A stretch of 64,000 nucleotides of DNA, taken from the NCBI GenBank assembly GCA_035327665.1, contig DAOLCW010000004.1, forward strand, positions 2,598 through 66,597. The letters are read 5' to 3'. Both the position numbers and the translations under genes were made by a program. The notes beneath the pieces were generated by a model, which was given only the letters and a program-made list of their open reading frames with translations, made no database searches and had not been told where the DNA came from. Positions 9,898 to 20,473 of this stretch are shown piece by piece. The first letter of the stretch is position 1. Each line of letters starts with the position of its first letter. Origin of the DNA: Kiritimatiellia bacterium. GTDB taxonomy: Bacteria; Verrucomicrobiota; Kiritimatiellia; CAIVKH01.

Positions 9898-11286
9898 GTG
9901 TGGAACCAAACCATGGTTGTTGAGCATCACCTTAAACAAAGATTTCCTTCGCGTCAGCGACTCAGCTTGACCATGGGTCTTCTCGTATGGGCAATGATTG
10001 ACGTATCTGCCCAACCCTTGTTTCAACCTCCGTACCAGCAAATTGCCAACGACCGCATCATCAATCGCGACCCCGTGATTAGCTCGACCGGACTCGCGGT
10101 ATGGATGAGCTGGAATACCAACGATGTCACTACGGCTGAAACCTTCATCACCGTATACTACAATGGCGAGCGCACCGACCTTACCGCAGAATTGGGTTCA
10201 ACGATGTTCGGGGCGGTGAAGCCTCAAGTTCATAGCAACCACCTCATCTTCGTCGCCAACTATAACACCTTTGACCGCAACGCAGTAACCTGGCGCCTGC
10301 GTGAAGTCCCCTGGCGCGATGAAGGAGGCCTTCGCGAACTCGATGCCCGCTTCATCGCCACTGAAGATGACGATGGAACCCCCGTGTTGACTCCATTTAT
10401 CGATGACCGGGAAATCGAACGAACCGAAGATGAGAGGCCTCCCGAAGATCCCGAAAATCTCGAAGCAAGAAGAGTGCCCTCCGGAAAAAATGAAATCTGG
10501 AAATGGACCGTGGGCGACATCGACGTCCAACGCATCACCCAAGACAACCGCAACGATTTCAATCCCAGCATATGGGGCGACATCATCACCTGGCAGAAGG
10601 CCCGGGGCTTCCCCTTCGGATGGGAAATTATGGCCCTTATTGGTGATAAACGCATTCAGCTTACCACCAACTTCTACTATGACATGGGCCCTAAAGTACA
10701 TGGACGACAAATCGTCTGGTACGGATGGGACGGGTATGACTACGAAATCTTCCTCTTTGACGCAGATCGCGAAGAAACCATCCAAATCACCGACAACCGC
10801 TTTGATGACATCGCCCCCGTAATTTGGAATGGAGTCATCGCCTGGGAAGGCTATGCGAGCGTCGAAGCCGACATCTATATGTACAAAGACGGCCAAGTCA
10901 CCCGGATCAGTGATAATGTCGAAGATGACATCAACCCCCGAATCTGGGACCGCTTCATCACCTGGCAGGGCTATGACGGAGATGATTACGAAATTTTTCT
11001 CTATGACCACGTCGCCGGAGGACCCGCCCGGAAAATTACCACCACCAACTACGACGACATCAACCCCATCGTCTATGACGACCTCCTCGTCTGGATGGGC
11101 TTCGTAGACAATTTTGACGCGGAAATCTTCTACGTGGACCTTTCCCGCCCCCCTCCTTACGACATCGTCAGACTTACCGAAAATGACGAGGATGATCTCG
11201 ACCCTCAAACCGCAGGACGACGGATCATTTGGAGAACCGAGCGGGAAGGCCGCAACATGATCATGCTTGCGGAACCCACGCGGTGA
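9898..11286 (+). CDS. secreted protein with tandem ~45-aa beta-propeller-like repeats
   Basis: Repeated motif DD(I/F)(N/A)PxIWxxxItWxGYDGdDYEIFLyD about 5 times; signal-like N-terminus; start ambiguous (9898/9973). Confidence 0.5.
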   Translation: MWNQTMVVEHHLKQRFPSRQRLSLTMGLLVWAMIDVSAQPLFQPPYQQIANDRIINRDPVISSTGLAVWMSWNTNDVTTAETFITVYYNGERTDLTAELGSTMFGAVKPQVHSNHLIFVANYNTFDRNAVTWRLREVPWRDEGGLRELDARFIATEDDDGTPVLTPFIDDREIERTEDERPPEDPENLEARRVPSGKNEIWKWTVGDIDVQRITQDNRNDFNPSIWGDIITWQKARGFPFGWEIMALIGDKRIQLTTNFYYDMGPKVHGRQIVWYGWDGYDYEIFLFDADREETIQITDNRFDDIAPVIWNGVIAWEGYASVEADIYMYKDGQVTRISDNVEDDINPRIWDRFITWQGYDGDDYEIFLYDHVAGGPARKITTTNYDDINPIVYDDLLVWMGFVDNFDAEIFYVDLSRPPPYDIVRLTENDEDDLDPQTAGRRIIWRTEREGRNMIMLAEPTR

Positions 11287-12368
11287 AGCAAGCTGGCCTT
11301 ACCCCTGAAGAACCCATACGGCCCAGGTTTTTACGCGCCTGCCACGGGCAACCCGTCGACCGCACCCCCATCTGGCTCATGCGTCAAGCCGGACGCTACA
11401 TGGCCGAATATCGAGCCCTTCGCTCCAAACACGCCTTGCTCGACATGATCAAGCAACCCGACCTCGCCGCCGAAGTCACCCTTCAACCCGTCAACGCTTT
11501 CGGGGTCGATGCCGCCATCATTTTCGCCGATATTCTCCCCCTTCTGGAATCCCTCGGCCTCCCCCTCCGCTTCGAATCCGGACGCGGACCCATCATCGAC
11601 CGACCCCTCCGGCAAACCACAACCATCACATCCCTTTCCCGCCAACCCGCTGCCGAAGCCCTTCCTTACACCCTCGAAGCCATTCGCATTGCCCGAAACG
11701 CCCTTCCTCCCGACATTCCTCTCATCGGCTTTTCCGGTGCACCCTTTACCCTTGCCTGCTACGCCATCGAAGGCGGCACCTCCAAGGAATATGAAAACGC
11801 TCGGAGGCTCATGTTCGAAGATCCCGCCGCATGGAACCGCCTCATGGATCTCCTCGCCGACGCCGTCTTCGATTACCTTCACGAACAACGTAAGGCGGGC
11901 GCCCAAGCCCTTCAGATTTTCGATAGCTGGGCCGGCCTCCTCAGCCCTGATCGCTACCGGGAAGTGGCCCTGCCCTGGACATCATCCATCATTCGCCGAC
12001 TCAAAGATACCGAAGACCCCCTCCATCCCGTACCCATTATCCACTTCGCCACCGGAAACCCCCTCCTCCTCCCCGCTCTTCGCGAGGCCGGACCCGATGT
12101 CGTCGGAATCGACTGGAAAATTTCCATCCACGACGCCCTCACCCTCCTCGGTCCCGGCATCGCATTTCAGGGCAACCTCGACCCCGTCTCCCTTCTTGCC
12201 CCCCCTCATGTTTTCCTCCGCGAAGCCAAAGCCATCCTTGATCACGTCGCAGGCCGACCCGGCCACATCTTCAACCTTGGCCATGGCGTCCTCAAGCACA
12301 CCCCCGAGCATCACGTGAAGGAACTCGTCGACTTCGTGCAAAGCCACCTCCTTCCTCCGGTCGCCTGA
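11283..12368 (+). CDS. hemE: uroporphyrinogen decarboxylase
   Basis: PIWLMRQAGRYM signature; likely GTG start at 11283 overlapping upstream stop (GTGA); track ORF begins 11229. Confidence 0.85.
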   Translation: MKQAGLTPEEPIRPRFLRACHGQPVDRTPIWLMRQAGRYMAEYRALRSKHALLDMIKQPDLAAEVTLQPVNAFGVDAAIIFADILPLLESLGLPLRFESGRGPIIDRPLRQTTTITSLSRQPAAEALPYTLEAIRIARNALPPDIPLIGFSGAPFTLACYAIEGGTSKEYENARRLMFEDPAAWNRLMDLLADAVFDYLHEQRKAGAQALQIFDSWAGLLSPDRYREVALPWTSSIIRRLKDTEDPLHPVPIIHFATGNPLLLPALREAGPDVVGIDWKISIHDALTLLGPGIAFQGNLDPVSLLAPPHVFLREAKAILDHVAGRPGHIFNLGHGVLKHTPEHHVKELVDFVQSHLLPPVA

Positions 12369-13783
12369 TGACCGCCTCGCCCGAGCCGAGGATCGCAATT
12401 GTTGGTGCGGGAATCGCCGGACTCGCTGCTGCGCATGCCCTGCGCACCGCTCATCCAAAGTGGCCGGTCCGCATCTTCGATCCCAACTCCCGCGCCGGCG
12501 GGAAGATCGTCACCGACACCGAAGACGGCTTCGTTATCGAAGGCGGTCCCGACTCCTTTGTCACCGACAAACCCTGGTGCCTCGACCTCTGCCGTAACCT
12601 CGGCCTCGAACACCGCCTCGTTCCCTGCAACACCGCAGGGCAATCCGTATTCATCCTGCGCAACGGGAAATGGGTCCAGTTCCCCGGAGGACTCCGCCTC
12701 ACCATACCCACCCAGTTTCGCCCTTTCCTTGCCTCCTCGATTCTTCCCTGGTCGGCCAAACTCAGGATGCTTGGCGACCTTGTACTTCCACGCGGTCCTG
12801 CCACCGACGATGAGTCCCTCGCCGACTTTATCCGCCGTCGTTTCGGCCACGAATGCCTTGAAGGTCTCGCCGGCCCCATGATGGCTGGTATCTACGTGAG
12901 CGACCCACAGCGCATGAGCATGGAGGCAACCTTCCCCACCTTCCGGACCATGGAACGGGATCATCGTAGCCTTATCCTTGCTGCCCAACGGGCCAAGCGA
13001 AAACGTAAACCCGGCACAAACCCGCCTCCGATGTTCCAATCCCTGATCGGCGGCATGGGTGAACTCGCCCGCACTCTCCAGGAAAACCTTTCCCATGGCT
13101 TTGAGCCCGGCTCAAACGTCGAATCCATCACCCGTGAACCCGGCGGATATACCCTTGAAATCACCCGGGGTACGTCCACCCGCCGCGAACACGCCACCGA
13201 CATCCTCCTCGCGGTACCGGCCTGGGAAGCCGCCCGCCTGCTTCGTCCCCTCCACGCCGCACTCGCCGACGCCCTCGAAGCCATCCGATACGTCAGTACG
13301 GCCACCCTTTCCCTCGCCTTTGCCGAATCCGACCTCCCTCCCCACCTCCCTTGCCGGGGCTTCGGTGGACTCATCCCCCCTCGCGAAAATCGCCGCCTCA
13401 TCGCCATGACCTGGGCCTCCACAAAATTCCCCGGAAGAGCCCCCGAAGGCTATCGCCTCCTTCGCGTGTTCGTGGGCGGCCCCCGCCATGAAGCCGATGT
13501 CGATCTCGACGATCAAGCCATGCTCTCCCTCGTTCGCTCCGAACTTCGCGACCTCCTCGGCATTACCCACCCCCCGCAACATGTCCGCCTCTACCGTTGG
13601 CCCCGCGCCAACCCTCAATACGATGTCGGACACCTCCTCCGGGTCAGCCGGATGGAGCAGCAAGCCGATTCCCTCCCCGGAATCTTTCTCGCCGGAAGCG
13701 CATACCGGGGCATCGGCATGCCCGATTGCATTCGCGACGGACAGCGAGCCGCCCAGCGCCTCGCCGGACGCTACACCTTCTGA
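12368..13783 (+). CDS. hemY: protoporphyrinogen oxidase (FAD-dependent)
   Basis: IAIVGAGIAGLAAAH dinucleotide-binding motif, amine-oxidase fold; ATGA overlap with hemE stop. Confidence 0.8.
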   Translation: MTASPEPRIAIVGAGIAGLAAAHALRTAHPKWPVRIFDPNSRAGGKIVTDTEDGFVIEGGPDSFVTDKPWCLDLCRNLGLEHRLVPCNTAGQSVFILRNGKWVQFPGGLRLTIPTQFRPFLASSILPWSAKLRMLGDLVLPRGPATDDESLADFIRRRFGHECLEGLAGPMMAGIYVSDPQRMSMEATFPTFRTMERDHRSLILAAQRAKRKRKPGTNPPPMFQSLIGGMGELARTLQENLSHGFEPGSNVESITREPGGYTLEITRGTSTRREHATDILLAVPAWEAARLLRPLHAALADALEAIRYVSTATLSLAFAESDLPPHLPCRGFGGLIPPRENRRLIAMTWASTKFPGRAPEGYRLLRVFVGGPRHEADVDLDDQAMLSLVRSELRDLLGITHPPQHVRLYRWPRANPQYDVGHLLRVSRMEQQADSLPGIFLAGSAYRGIGMPDCIRDGQRAAQRLAGRYTF

Positions 13784-14019
13784 TGTTGTCCTTTCCCTCC
13801 CCCCCGCGACCTCCGCGAAACGAATTAAGCCCAAATTCAGAAGTCGTAACCGCAGATTACGCGGATCATAAAGAGGCTAGAAGGAACAGGGCACGGAACT
13901 TTTTTGTTTATTTTCAATCGTTGCCCTCTTGAATTTTTTCTGTGGTCTTCTGAGTCTTCGGCGGTTCCAATTCCGGTTTTCGGGTTAAAGATGCCGGTGA
14001 TTCATTGGCATCAGATGCT

Positions 14020-15054
14020 CTATCGGGACCCCCACGGAACCAAAAGGTCGTGCTTGTAAAGCAACCGAAGAGCCTGACAGTCCAATTCGTGCCCCGCTTT
14101 GTAAGACTCGATATGCCCGCAAAAGCGGCCCTCCTCCAGCAACGCCACCGCGGCCAAAAGATCCAATACCGCCCGGTGCCAAACCGCCTCCAGCGACTTG
14201 CTCCCATGACGAAGCTTCGCCTCGTTCATATACCCCCACCGGCTTGCGATCAGGATATTGTCTTTCGAGTAGCCGAGGTTCCGTACATCCGCAAACAGCT
14301 TCCCGATCGTCCGGCAATACAGCATCTTGATGAACGAAGTATTCGTTCGCGCCTCCGACCCGTACTTGAACAACTCGGTATTTAATGGAAAACGTATTCG
14401 CTGACGTCCGATTGCCGTGGGAAAATCCACCGCACAATCCAGCGTCAACGCGGGTTTATCCCCCTCGCAGGGATGGAAAATCAGAAAACTACCATTGGAA
14501 GCCGCCACCGTGACCTTTTCTTTCACCGTAAACCAACGTACCGGACGTTCGGTTTCCCGAACCCCCGCCGCCTCGATCGCCTCCACCAAATCCAAACTGC
14601 CCCTCTGGAACAACGGAGGATCCCCGGAGTCCACCCGGATCAGCACATTATCAACCGGCGTTCCGCACTTTAGCGCCACGATATGCTCGACCATCCGGAC
14701 ATAATTCTGAGGCATCCCGCTTCGCAGCACGATATTGCTTACCACATCCCCCGTCGTCCACACGTTGCGGATCGAGACCCGGATCGGGAGGCAATCCGCC
14801 AGGTCCTCCCGTACAAACCACCAACCCTCTAAATCCGTTGGCTCAAACCGAAGCGTACGCGTCGCCTTGCCAAAAAACGTCCCCGGACCCGCCACCGAAA
14901 AAGGTGCGGCCAGCGTGCACTGTCGCTCCGGGGTAAAGGTTTGGTTTACCGGGAGCAAATCCCAGTCGACCGTCTGTTTGGAAAAGGCCTCGTAGGCGGG
15001 TCGCAAGGTATCGATCGACCCCGCCAACATCTGACCAAAAAGTTCGTGGCTCAT
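14020..15054 (-). CDS. UDP-3-O-acyl-N-acetylglucosamine deacetylase (LpxC) family protein, possible paralog
   Basis: C-terminal HRAVLDLLAAVALLEEGRFCGHIESYKAGHELDCQALRLL resembles the LpxC HKxLDLxGDLxLxG...KSGH region; N-terminal GPGTFFGK also LpxC-like; 344 aa is longer than canonical LpxC. Confidence 0.65.
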   Translation of the reverse strand: MSHELFGQMLAGSIDTLRPAYEAFSKQTVDWDLLPVNQTFTPERQCTLAAPFSVAGPGTFFGKATRTLRFEPTDLEGWWFVREDLADCLPIRVSIRNVWTTGDVVSNIVLRSGMPQNYVRMVEHIVALKCGTPVDNVLIRVDSGDPPLFQRGSLDLVEAIEAAGVRETERPVRWFTVKEKVTVAASNGSFLIFHPCEGDKPALTLDCAVDFPTAIGRQRIRFPLNTELFKYGSEARTNTSFIKMLYCRTIGKLFADVRNLGYSKDNILIASRWGYMNEAKLRHGSKSLEAVWHRAVLDLLAAVALLEEGRFCGHIESYKAGHELDCQALRLLYKHDLLVPWGSR

Positions 15055-15112
15055 GGTGAAAATCCTTAAAGGTCACCACTCTACCCGAAGCCCCCGCCGC
15101 TTGCCAACGGAT

Positions 15113-17563
15113 TTACCGCACCGCCGATTCCCAAACCCCATCCGCGCTCTGTTGCCAGGGCATCCACACCAAACCTAATTGCGTTACCGATAGGTCCGAC
15201 TTGCGCGGACGTATCGAAATCGTCTCCACATGAGGCTCCGGCTGACCTTTTACCAACTCCATCCGCTCCTGCTCGAATCTCTCCTCAAGTTCCTGAAGCT
15301 GCTGCTGAAGGGTTTCCAAGGTATCCTCCGCCCTCTCCACATCCGCTTTCTTACCCGCCACCCGGCCCGCGCTCCGCATCGTCGACGACGCCCGCGACAC
15401 ATTTCCCACGCTCACCGCTTTCCTCCCCAAAAGCGCTCCCAACAAGGTCGTCCCGAAATTCATCGCCGTCTGCATTTTTTGCTGGCTCACCATATCCCGC
15501 TGACGCCCCACCCGCTGGCTCGCCACCCGGATGCGCTCCTGAAGCCGGGCCAGTTGCGTCTCATACTTCGACTTCAGTTTCTCCAAGTCACCATCCCGCC
15601 GCTCCCGGGCAAGCTGGGCAATCCTTGCCTGAAAGTCCCCCGCTTCCTCCCCTGCCCGCGAGAACAGCTTGAACTCCGGACACTCCAACAAATCCATGGT
15701 TACATCCTGATAAAGATAACTTTCCAGCGCTTTGCCCCAGTCTCGAAGATTCTTTGCATTCGATACTCCCGAAGGCAGCTCCGCATACCCCACCCCTTCC
15801 AGAGGTCTTCTCTCCAGATCCGCTTCCTCGTCGATCAGGATGTCCGCATCCTTCCAACGCACCTCCGCCCCTTCAAAGCCGAACGGCGCCAGAAACGTTC
15901 GGGTCTGCCACAGGTCAACTTTCGACCGGGCATGCACAAACCGGAGCCGGGCGATCCCCATCATCCTCGGCCGGTACAGCAGCCGCTGGGGGTCCGCATA
16001 CGAACTCGAACGGATAAAATACTCATTCAATTCCGCCGGAACCACCGGCTTCACCCCCACCGGAGCGCTGCCTCCCGGGGAAACTTGAGGAACAGCCGCT
16101 GCGGATCCCGGTGACGACTCTCCTCTCCCGCTCTCTGCCGGAACCGGTGTCGGACGCCGGGGGGAAAACCTCTCGATCTGGGCCATCGTCATCGGTCCCC
16201 GCAAATACGTCATCGCCCACCGGGTCTGAAACAAAACCGGCTGCGTGTCATGAACATTTCGCATCAGAAAAACCCGGCTCCCTAGATTCGACAACACCGC
16301 GTCCATCTCCGACCGCGACATCATCGCCCCCCCCGCCGCACTTTCCAGCCCCTCCATGATCCGCGCCTTGTCCCGCTCCGTTTGTAACCGTCCAATGAAC
16401 CACGTCCCCGTGTTCGACAATCCCTTGTAATCCAGATCCACCGGGTTCTGGGTCGCCAGCACCACCCCCAACCCGAACGCCCTCGCCTGCTTCAGCAACG
16501 TCAACATCGGCATCTTCGACGGAGGATTCGCAGTCGGCGGGAAATACCCGAAGATTTCATCCATGTACAACAGGGCCCGCAAGCTCGATGTCCCCGACTG
16601 CGAACGCATCCACCCCAGCACCTCATTCAACAGCAGCGTCACGAAAAACATCCGCTCCGCGTCCGACAAGTGCGCGATCGACAGGATCGAAACCCGTGCC
16701 TTCCCCTCCGGCGTGTAGAGCAACCGCTGCACATCCAGCGGCTCCCCGGTGATCCACGCCGAGAAGCCGGGCGAGGCCAGCAGGTTGTTGATCATCATCG
16801 CCAGACCCAGCCGGTCCTTCGCCGGATAAAACGTTTCCAGATCAAACACCCCCACCCGGTCAAACGGCGGACGCTGAATCAACTGAATCAAGTCCGGCAA
16901 CTCAAGATCCTTCCCTTGATTCCAGGCGGAATCGAACAGGTTGGAAAGCAGAATATGCTCCCGGCTCGAAATCGGATCCGCGGTAATCCCCAGCAGCCCC
17001 AGCAACCCCGAAACCGCCGTCATGATGCGCTCCCGCATCGCCGTGACATCGTTGCGAAATGCCGGATCCGGCGCCTCAAACGAGCGCAACACCGTCAGCG
17101 GACGCCCCGAGGTGCTGCCCGGTGTGTAAATCGCAAATTCCGCGGCCTCCTTCAGTCGGGCAATCCGTTCCGGTTGCTGGTCCCACGAAGCGAGACCCTT
17201 CCGCCAGAGATCTGCCGTCGCCTTCGCAAACTCCGACGGACTCATCCCCTTCCGGGCCGCCTCCTGCGCATCCACCCACGGCTCAAAATCACCTGCATTC
17301 AACTCCGGAAACGCCAACAGCAAATTCCCAAGATCCCCCTTCGGATCGATCACGATCGCCGGAATCCCATCGATCGCCGCCTCCTCGATCAACGATACGC
17401 ACAACCCTGTCTTCCCGCTCCCCGTCATCCCCACGCAAACCGCGTGTGTCGTCAAATCCTTCGCATCGTAAAGAAGATAATCATCCGTCGTCTTGCCCGC
17501 ACCTGTGTCGAACAATCTGCCCAGATAAAATGCCCCCAGCTTCTCATAGTCCGCCATAACCAC
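15113..17563 (-). CDS. HerA-like P-loop ATPase, DUF853 (YjgR-like) family, with ~300-aa C-terminal coiled-coil extension
   Basis: VCVGMTGSGKTG Walker A, VIDPKGDL, YMDEIFGYFPP, LATQNPVDLDYKGLSNTGTWFIGRLQTERDK all parallel E. coli YjgR; 816 aa versus ~500 aa typical. Confidence 0.7.
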   Translation of the reverse strand: MVMADYEKLGAFYLGRLFDTGAGKTTDDYLLYDAKDLTTHAVCVGMTGSGKTGLCVSLIEEAAIDGIPAIVIDPKGDLGNLLLAFPELNAGDFEPWVDAQEAARKGMSPSEFAKATADLWRKGLASWDQQPERIARLKEAAEFAIYTPGSTSGRPLTVLRSFEAPDPAFRNDVTAMRERIMTAVSGLLGLLGITADPISSREHILLSNLFDSAWNQGKDLELPDLIQLIQRPPFDRVGVFDLETFYPAKDRLGLAMMINNLLASPGFSAWITGEPLDVQRLLYTPEGKARVSILSIAHLSDAERMFFVTLLLNEVLGWMRSQSGTSSLRALLYMDEIFGYFPPTANPPSKMPMLTLLKQARAFGLGVVLATQNPVDLDYKGLSNTGTWFIGRLQTERDKARIMEGLESAAGGAMMSRSEMDAVLSNLGSRVFLMRNVHDTQPVLFQTRWAMTYLRGPMTMAQIERFSPRRPTPVPAESGRGESSPGSAAAVPQVSPGGSAPVGVKPVVPAELNEYFIRSSSYADPQRLLYRPRMMGIARLRFVHARSKVDLWQTRTFLAPFGFEGAEVRWKDADILIDEEADLERRPLEGVGYAELPSGVSNAKNLRDWGKALESYLYQDVTMDLLECPEFKLFSRAGEEAGDFQARIAQLARERRDGDLEKLKSKYETQLARLQERIRVASQRVGRQRDMVSQQKMQTAMNFGTTLLGALLGRKAVSVGNVSRASSTMRSAGRVAGKKADVERAEDTLETLQQQLQELEERFEQERMELVKGQPEPHVETISIRPRKSDLSVTQLGLVWMPWQQSADGVWESAVR

Positions 17564-17658
17564 TTCCTCTCGTTAAACTAAGATGCACCCCAACGACACC
17601 AACCATCACTACCCTTGCAAAAAAGCGGATGCCGGGCAACTTAACTCTATCCTCCGAC

Positions 17659-19134
17659 TTATTGCTCCCCCGCCATCAACGCCTCCGCTCCCGTCGTCGG
17701 TATCGCTGGCAAAACGGCCGGAGCCTCGATCACCTTGATCTCTTTCCAGCGGCCGACCTTGAAACGCCAGATAAAACCAATCGCCAACAGCATGATGTAG
17801 ACCATCACCCATCCCCAAATCCACAAAATGCCCAGGTCGAGCCAAACTGCGATCATCAGCGACCCGGGCACCATGATCCCCCACGCCGCCACCACCGAAT
17901 AGATCATGACAAACCGCGTATCCCCTGCCCCTTTCAATGCTCCCGCCAGCACCAGATTCCCCACATCCAACGCCCCCCAGATCGCCATCATCAATAGGAG
18001 CCACCGCCCAATCCCCACCAACTCCTCCAGCTGAAACCCGCTCCCGTCCCGGCTCAGGAACCATGAATACATCTGCGATGGAAAAACCACAAACAACACC
18101 CCCGCCGCCGTCACATACCCCACCCCCACCTTGAACGAGGACCACCCCGCCCGCTCCGCCGTATCCGCGTCGCCCCGGCCCTGGTACTGCCCGACCAGCG
18201 TGGTCGCCGCGATGCTGATCCCGATCAGAGGAAGAAAGGCCAGCGTGTTGATGCTCAACGCAATGTTGCTCGCCGCCAACGCCAGCTCTCCCATCCGCCC
18301 CGTCAACAGCACAAAGATCGAAAACGATCCAATATCCAACGCAAGGTGAAATCCCGCCGGAACCCCGAACCGGATCATTCGCTTCATCAGCGCCAAGTCC
18401 AACCCAAGATGCAATCGCGTCCGGTAGATCCGGTTCATTTGGGGACCAAGAAACAATGCAAACAAAAGGATGGGAGGAACCATTCCCCCGACAATCGTCG
18501 CATACGCCGCCCCCCGAATACCCATCGCGGGAAACCCGAAATGCCCGAAGATCAGCACATAATCCAAGCCGATGTTCACAACATTGCCCGCGATCACCGC
18601 GTACATGTTGGTTAGCGTATCCCCCCGCCCGGTAAAAAAGCTACTAATCGCCGCCCCCACCGGAACCACCACGCTTCCCACCATCAGAATCGTGAAATAC
18701 TCCAACTCCTCCACCAGCACCTCCGGGGCATGCCCCGAAATCGAGAGAATCCACCTCCCCGCCGGAATCAAGGCAATCAGGATCGGCCATGCCAACACCC
18801 CCAACCACATCCCTTGCGCCGTCGCCTTGGAACATCCCGCCAAGTCCCCCGCTCCGTGATACTGGGCCACGAACGTATTCGCATAACCGCTCAACGCCAT
18901 GAATCCGCAGATCAAAGTAAACGACAGGATCCCCGCGGGCAGGGCCGCCTGGATCGAAATCGGACTGTGCCACGCAAGGAACATCCGGTCCACAAACTGC
19001 ATCACCGTAAACGAGCCCATGCTCACCACCAACGGCCACGCAATCCGCAACACCTCGGGAATCCCTCCCGGTTCCTCCTTGAACCCCAATCTCCACCAAC
19101 CGCTCACGCCAGCTCCTTCATCGCCCCGGAACAT
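17659..19134 (-). CDS. MATE family efflux transporter
   Basis: 12-TM product with MATE-type N-terminus and repeated halves; start codon uncertain. Confidence 0.8.
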   Translation of the reverse strand: MFRGDEGAGVSGWWRLGFKEEPGGIPEVLRIAWPLVVSMGSFTVMQFVDRMFLAWHSPISIQAALPAGILSFTLICGFMALSGYANTFVAQYHGAGDLAGCSKATAQGMWLGVLAWPILIALIPAGRWILSISGHAPEVLVEELEYFTILMVGSVVVPVGAAISSFFTGRGDTLTNMYAVIAGNVVNIGLDYVLIFGHFGFPAMGIRGAAYATIVGGMVPPILLFALFLGPQMNRIYRTRLHLGLDLALMKRMIRFGVPAGFHLALDIGSFSIFVLLTGRMGELALAASNIALSINTLAFLPLIGISIAATTLVGQYQGRGDADTAERAGWSSFKVGVGYVTAAGVLFVVFPSQMYSWFLSRDGSGFQLEELVGIGRWLLLMMAIWGALDVGNLVLAGALKGAGDTRFVMIYSVVAAWGIMVPGSLMIAVWLDLGILWIWGWVMVYIMLLAIGFIWRFKVGRWKEIKVIEAPAVLPAIPTTGAEALMAGEQ

Positions 19135-20473
19135 CTCGCGACGCCAATGCCTTCAAGCAAATCCGGGCAAATCGCGGCAAGTCCGGATCCCGCGCACCCA
19201 TCCCGAGAATCGTGTCCCCCACCCGCGCCTCGGCCAGAATCTCGTCCTGCAGCGCCCCGTAATCCCCGGTAAACCCCACCGAGCCATGCGTCGACTGCAA
19301 ATCCCCCACCAGATCTGAAGATTCCACCGATCGCGTCGCCGTGCCTCCCGCATAGTACACCGGCAAAATCCATAACCGGTCATCCGGTCCCAGAGTCTGT
19401 CGGAACATCTCCCCAAGATCTGTTCGCATCGCGGCCAGCGGGCCGTAGCCATGAGGACGCCAAAACCCCAGCACCCGCCCCCCTCGCTCCGCCGCCGCTT
19501 GCCAGGAGGCCCGGATCTTCGCCGGATTGTGAGCATAATCATCCACCACCCGCACCCCTCCCGCTTCGCCCACCTCCTCCAGCCGCCGGTGAATCCCCCG
19601 GAAACGTCCCATTGCTTCCGCGCACGCCTCCACATCGCACCCCATCGCATCCAGCGTCGCCATCGCCGCAATCGCATTCTCCGCATTGTGCCGCCCCGGA
19701 ACCTGCAGCGTAAACGTCACATCCTCGTAACGAACGCTCCATCGCCCCTGCTCCAAATGCATCGCTACATCCGGAAACGCCGGATCCAACCCCATCGCCC
19801 GCGCCGCCTCCGGCAACGCCACCACCCGCCCGCACTGACGTGCGAACTGCTGGAACAACTCCACGCTTTCCTCAAAACTGAAATGGTCCCGCGAAATATT
19901 GTTGATCACCGCCAACTCCGGATAAAACTTCAACAGCGAGCGGTCGCTCTCATCCACCTCCACCACACACCACGGTGACGCACCCCACCGGACATTCCCG
20001 ATTCGCTCCTCGTCCATCCACTCCAACACCGCCCCCCCGTTCACCACCATCGGATCCCAGCCGATCTTCGCCAACACGCTCCCGATCATCCCCGTCAACG
20101 TCGTCTTTCCCGACGTTCCCGCCACCGCCACACACCGCCGCGCCCCTGCCAGCTCCGCCAACAGCCGCGCCCGGTGAACCACCGGAATCCCCAACCGCTT
20201 CGCGGCCAGCCAATCCGGATTGTCCTCCTCAATTGCCGTGCTCACCACCAGGGCCGATGTCTCCTCCGTAACCCCCGACCCGTCCTGAGCCACCAACGAA
20301 ATTCCCACCCCCCGCAACTTCCTGAACACATCCAGCTCATCCCCCTGATCCAGATAGCGGTCCGAGCCCGACACCTTCGCCCCACTCAACGCCAGAGCCT
20401 GGGCCAGCGGATTCATCCCCACCCCCGCCACCCCGCACACATGGTAACTCCGTCCGCTCATTGCCCCGCTCAT
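19118..20473 (-). CDS. Mur ligase family protein (MurC/Mpl-like)
   Basis: YHVCGVAGVGMNPLAQALALSGAKVSGSD N-terminal motif and VAVAGTSGKTTLT P-loop; track ORF extended to 20761 by a Gly-rich stretch judged non-coding; start set to ATG at 20473. Confidence 0.75.
   Translation of the reverse strand: MSGAMSGRSYHVCGVAGVGMNPLAQALALSGAKVSGSDRYLDQGDELDVFRKLRGVGISLVAQDGSGVTEETSALVVSTAIEEDNPDWLAAKRLGIPVVHRARLLAELAGARRCVAVAGTSGKTTLTGMIGSVLAKIGWDPMVVNGGAVLEWMDEERIGNVRWGASPWCVVEVDESDRSLLKFYPELAVINNISRDHFSFEESVELFQQFARQCGRVVALPEAARAMGLDPAFPDVAMHLEQGRWSVRYEDVTFTLQVPGRHNAENAIAAMATLDAMGCDVEACAEAMGRFRGIHRRLEEVGEAGGVRVVDDYAHNPAKIRASWQAAAERGGRVLGFWRPHGYGPLAAMRTDLGEMFRQTLGPDDRLWILPVYYAGGTATRSVESSDLVGDLQSTHGSVGFTGDYGALQDEILAEARVGDTILGMGARDPDLPRFARICLKALASRDVPGR

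Noticed and set aside
13784-14019. Relatively AT-rich convergent intergenic region between hemY and the LpxC-like gene, examined for a bidirectional terminator or small RNA
   Set aside because: No clean hairpin followed by a T-run could be identified by eye. Left unannotated.
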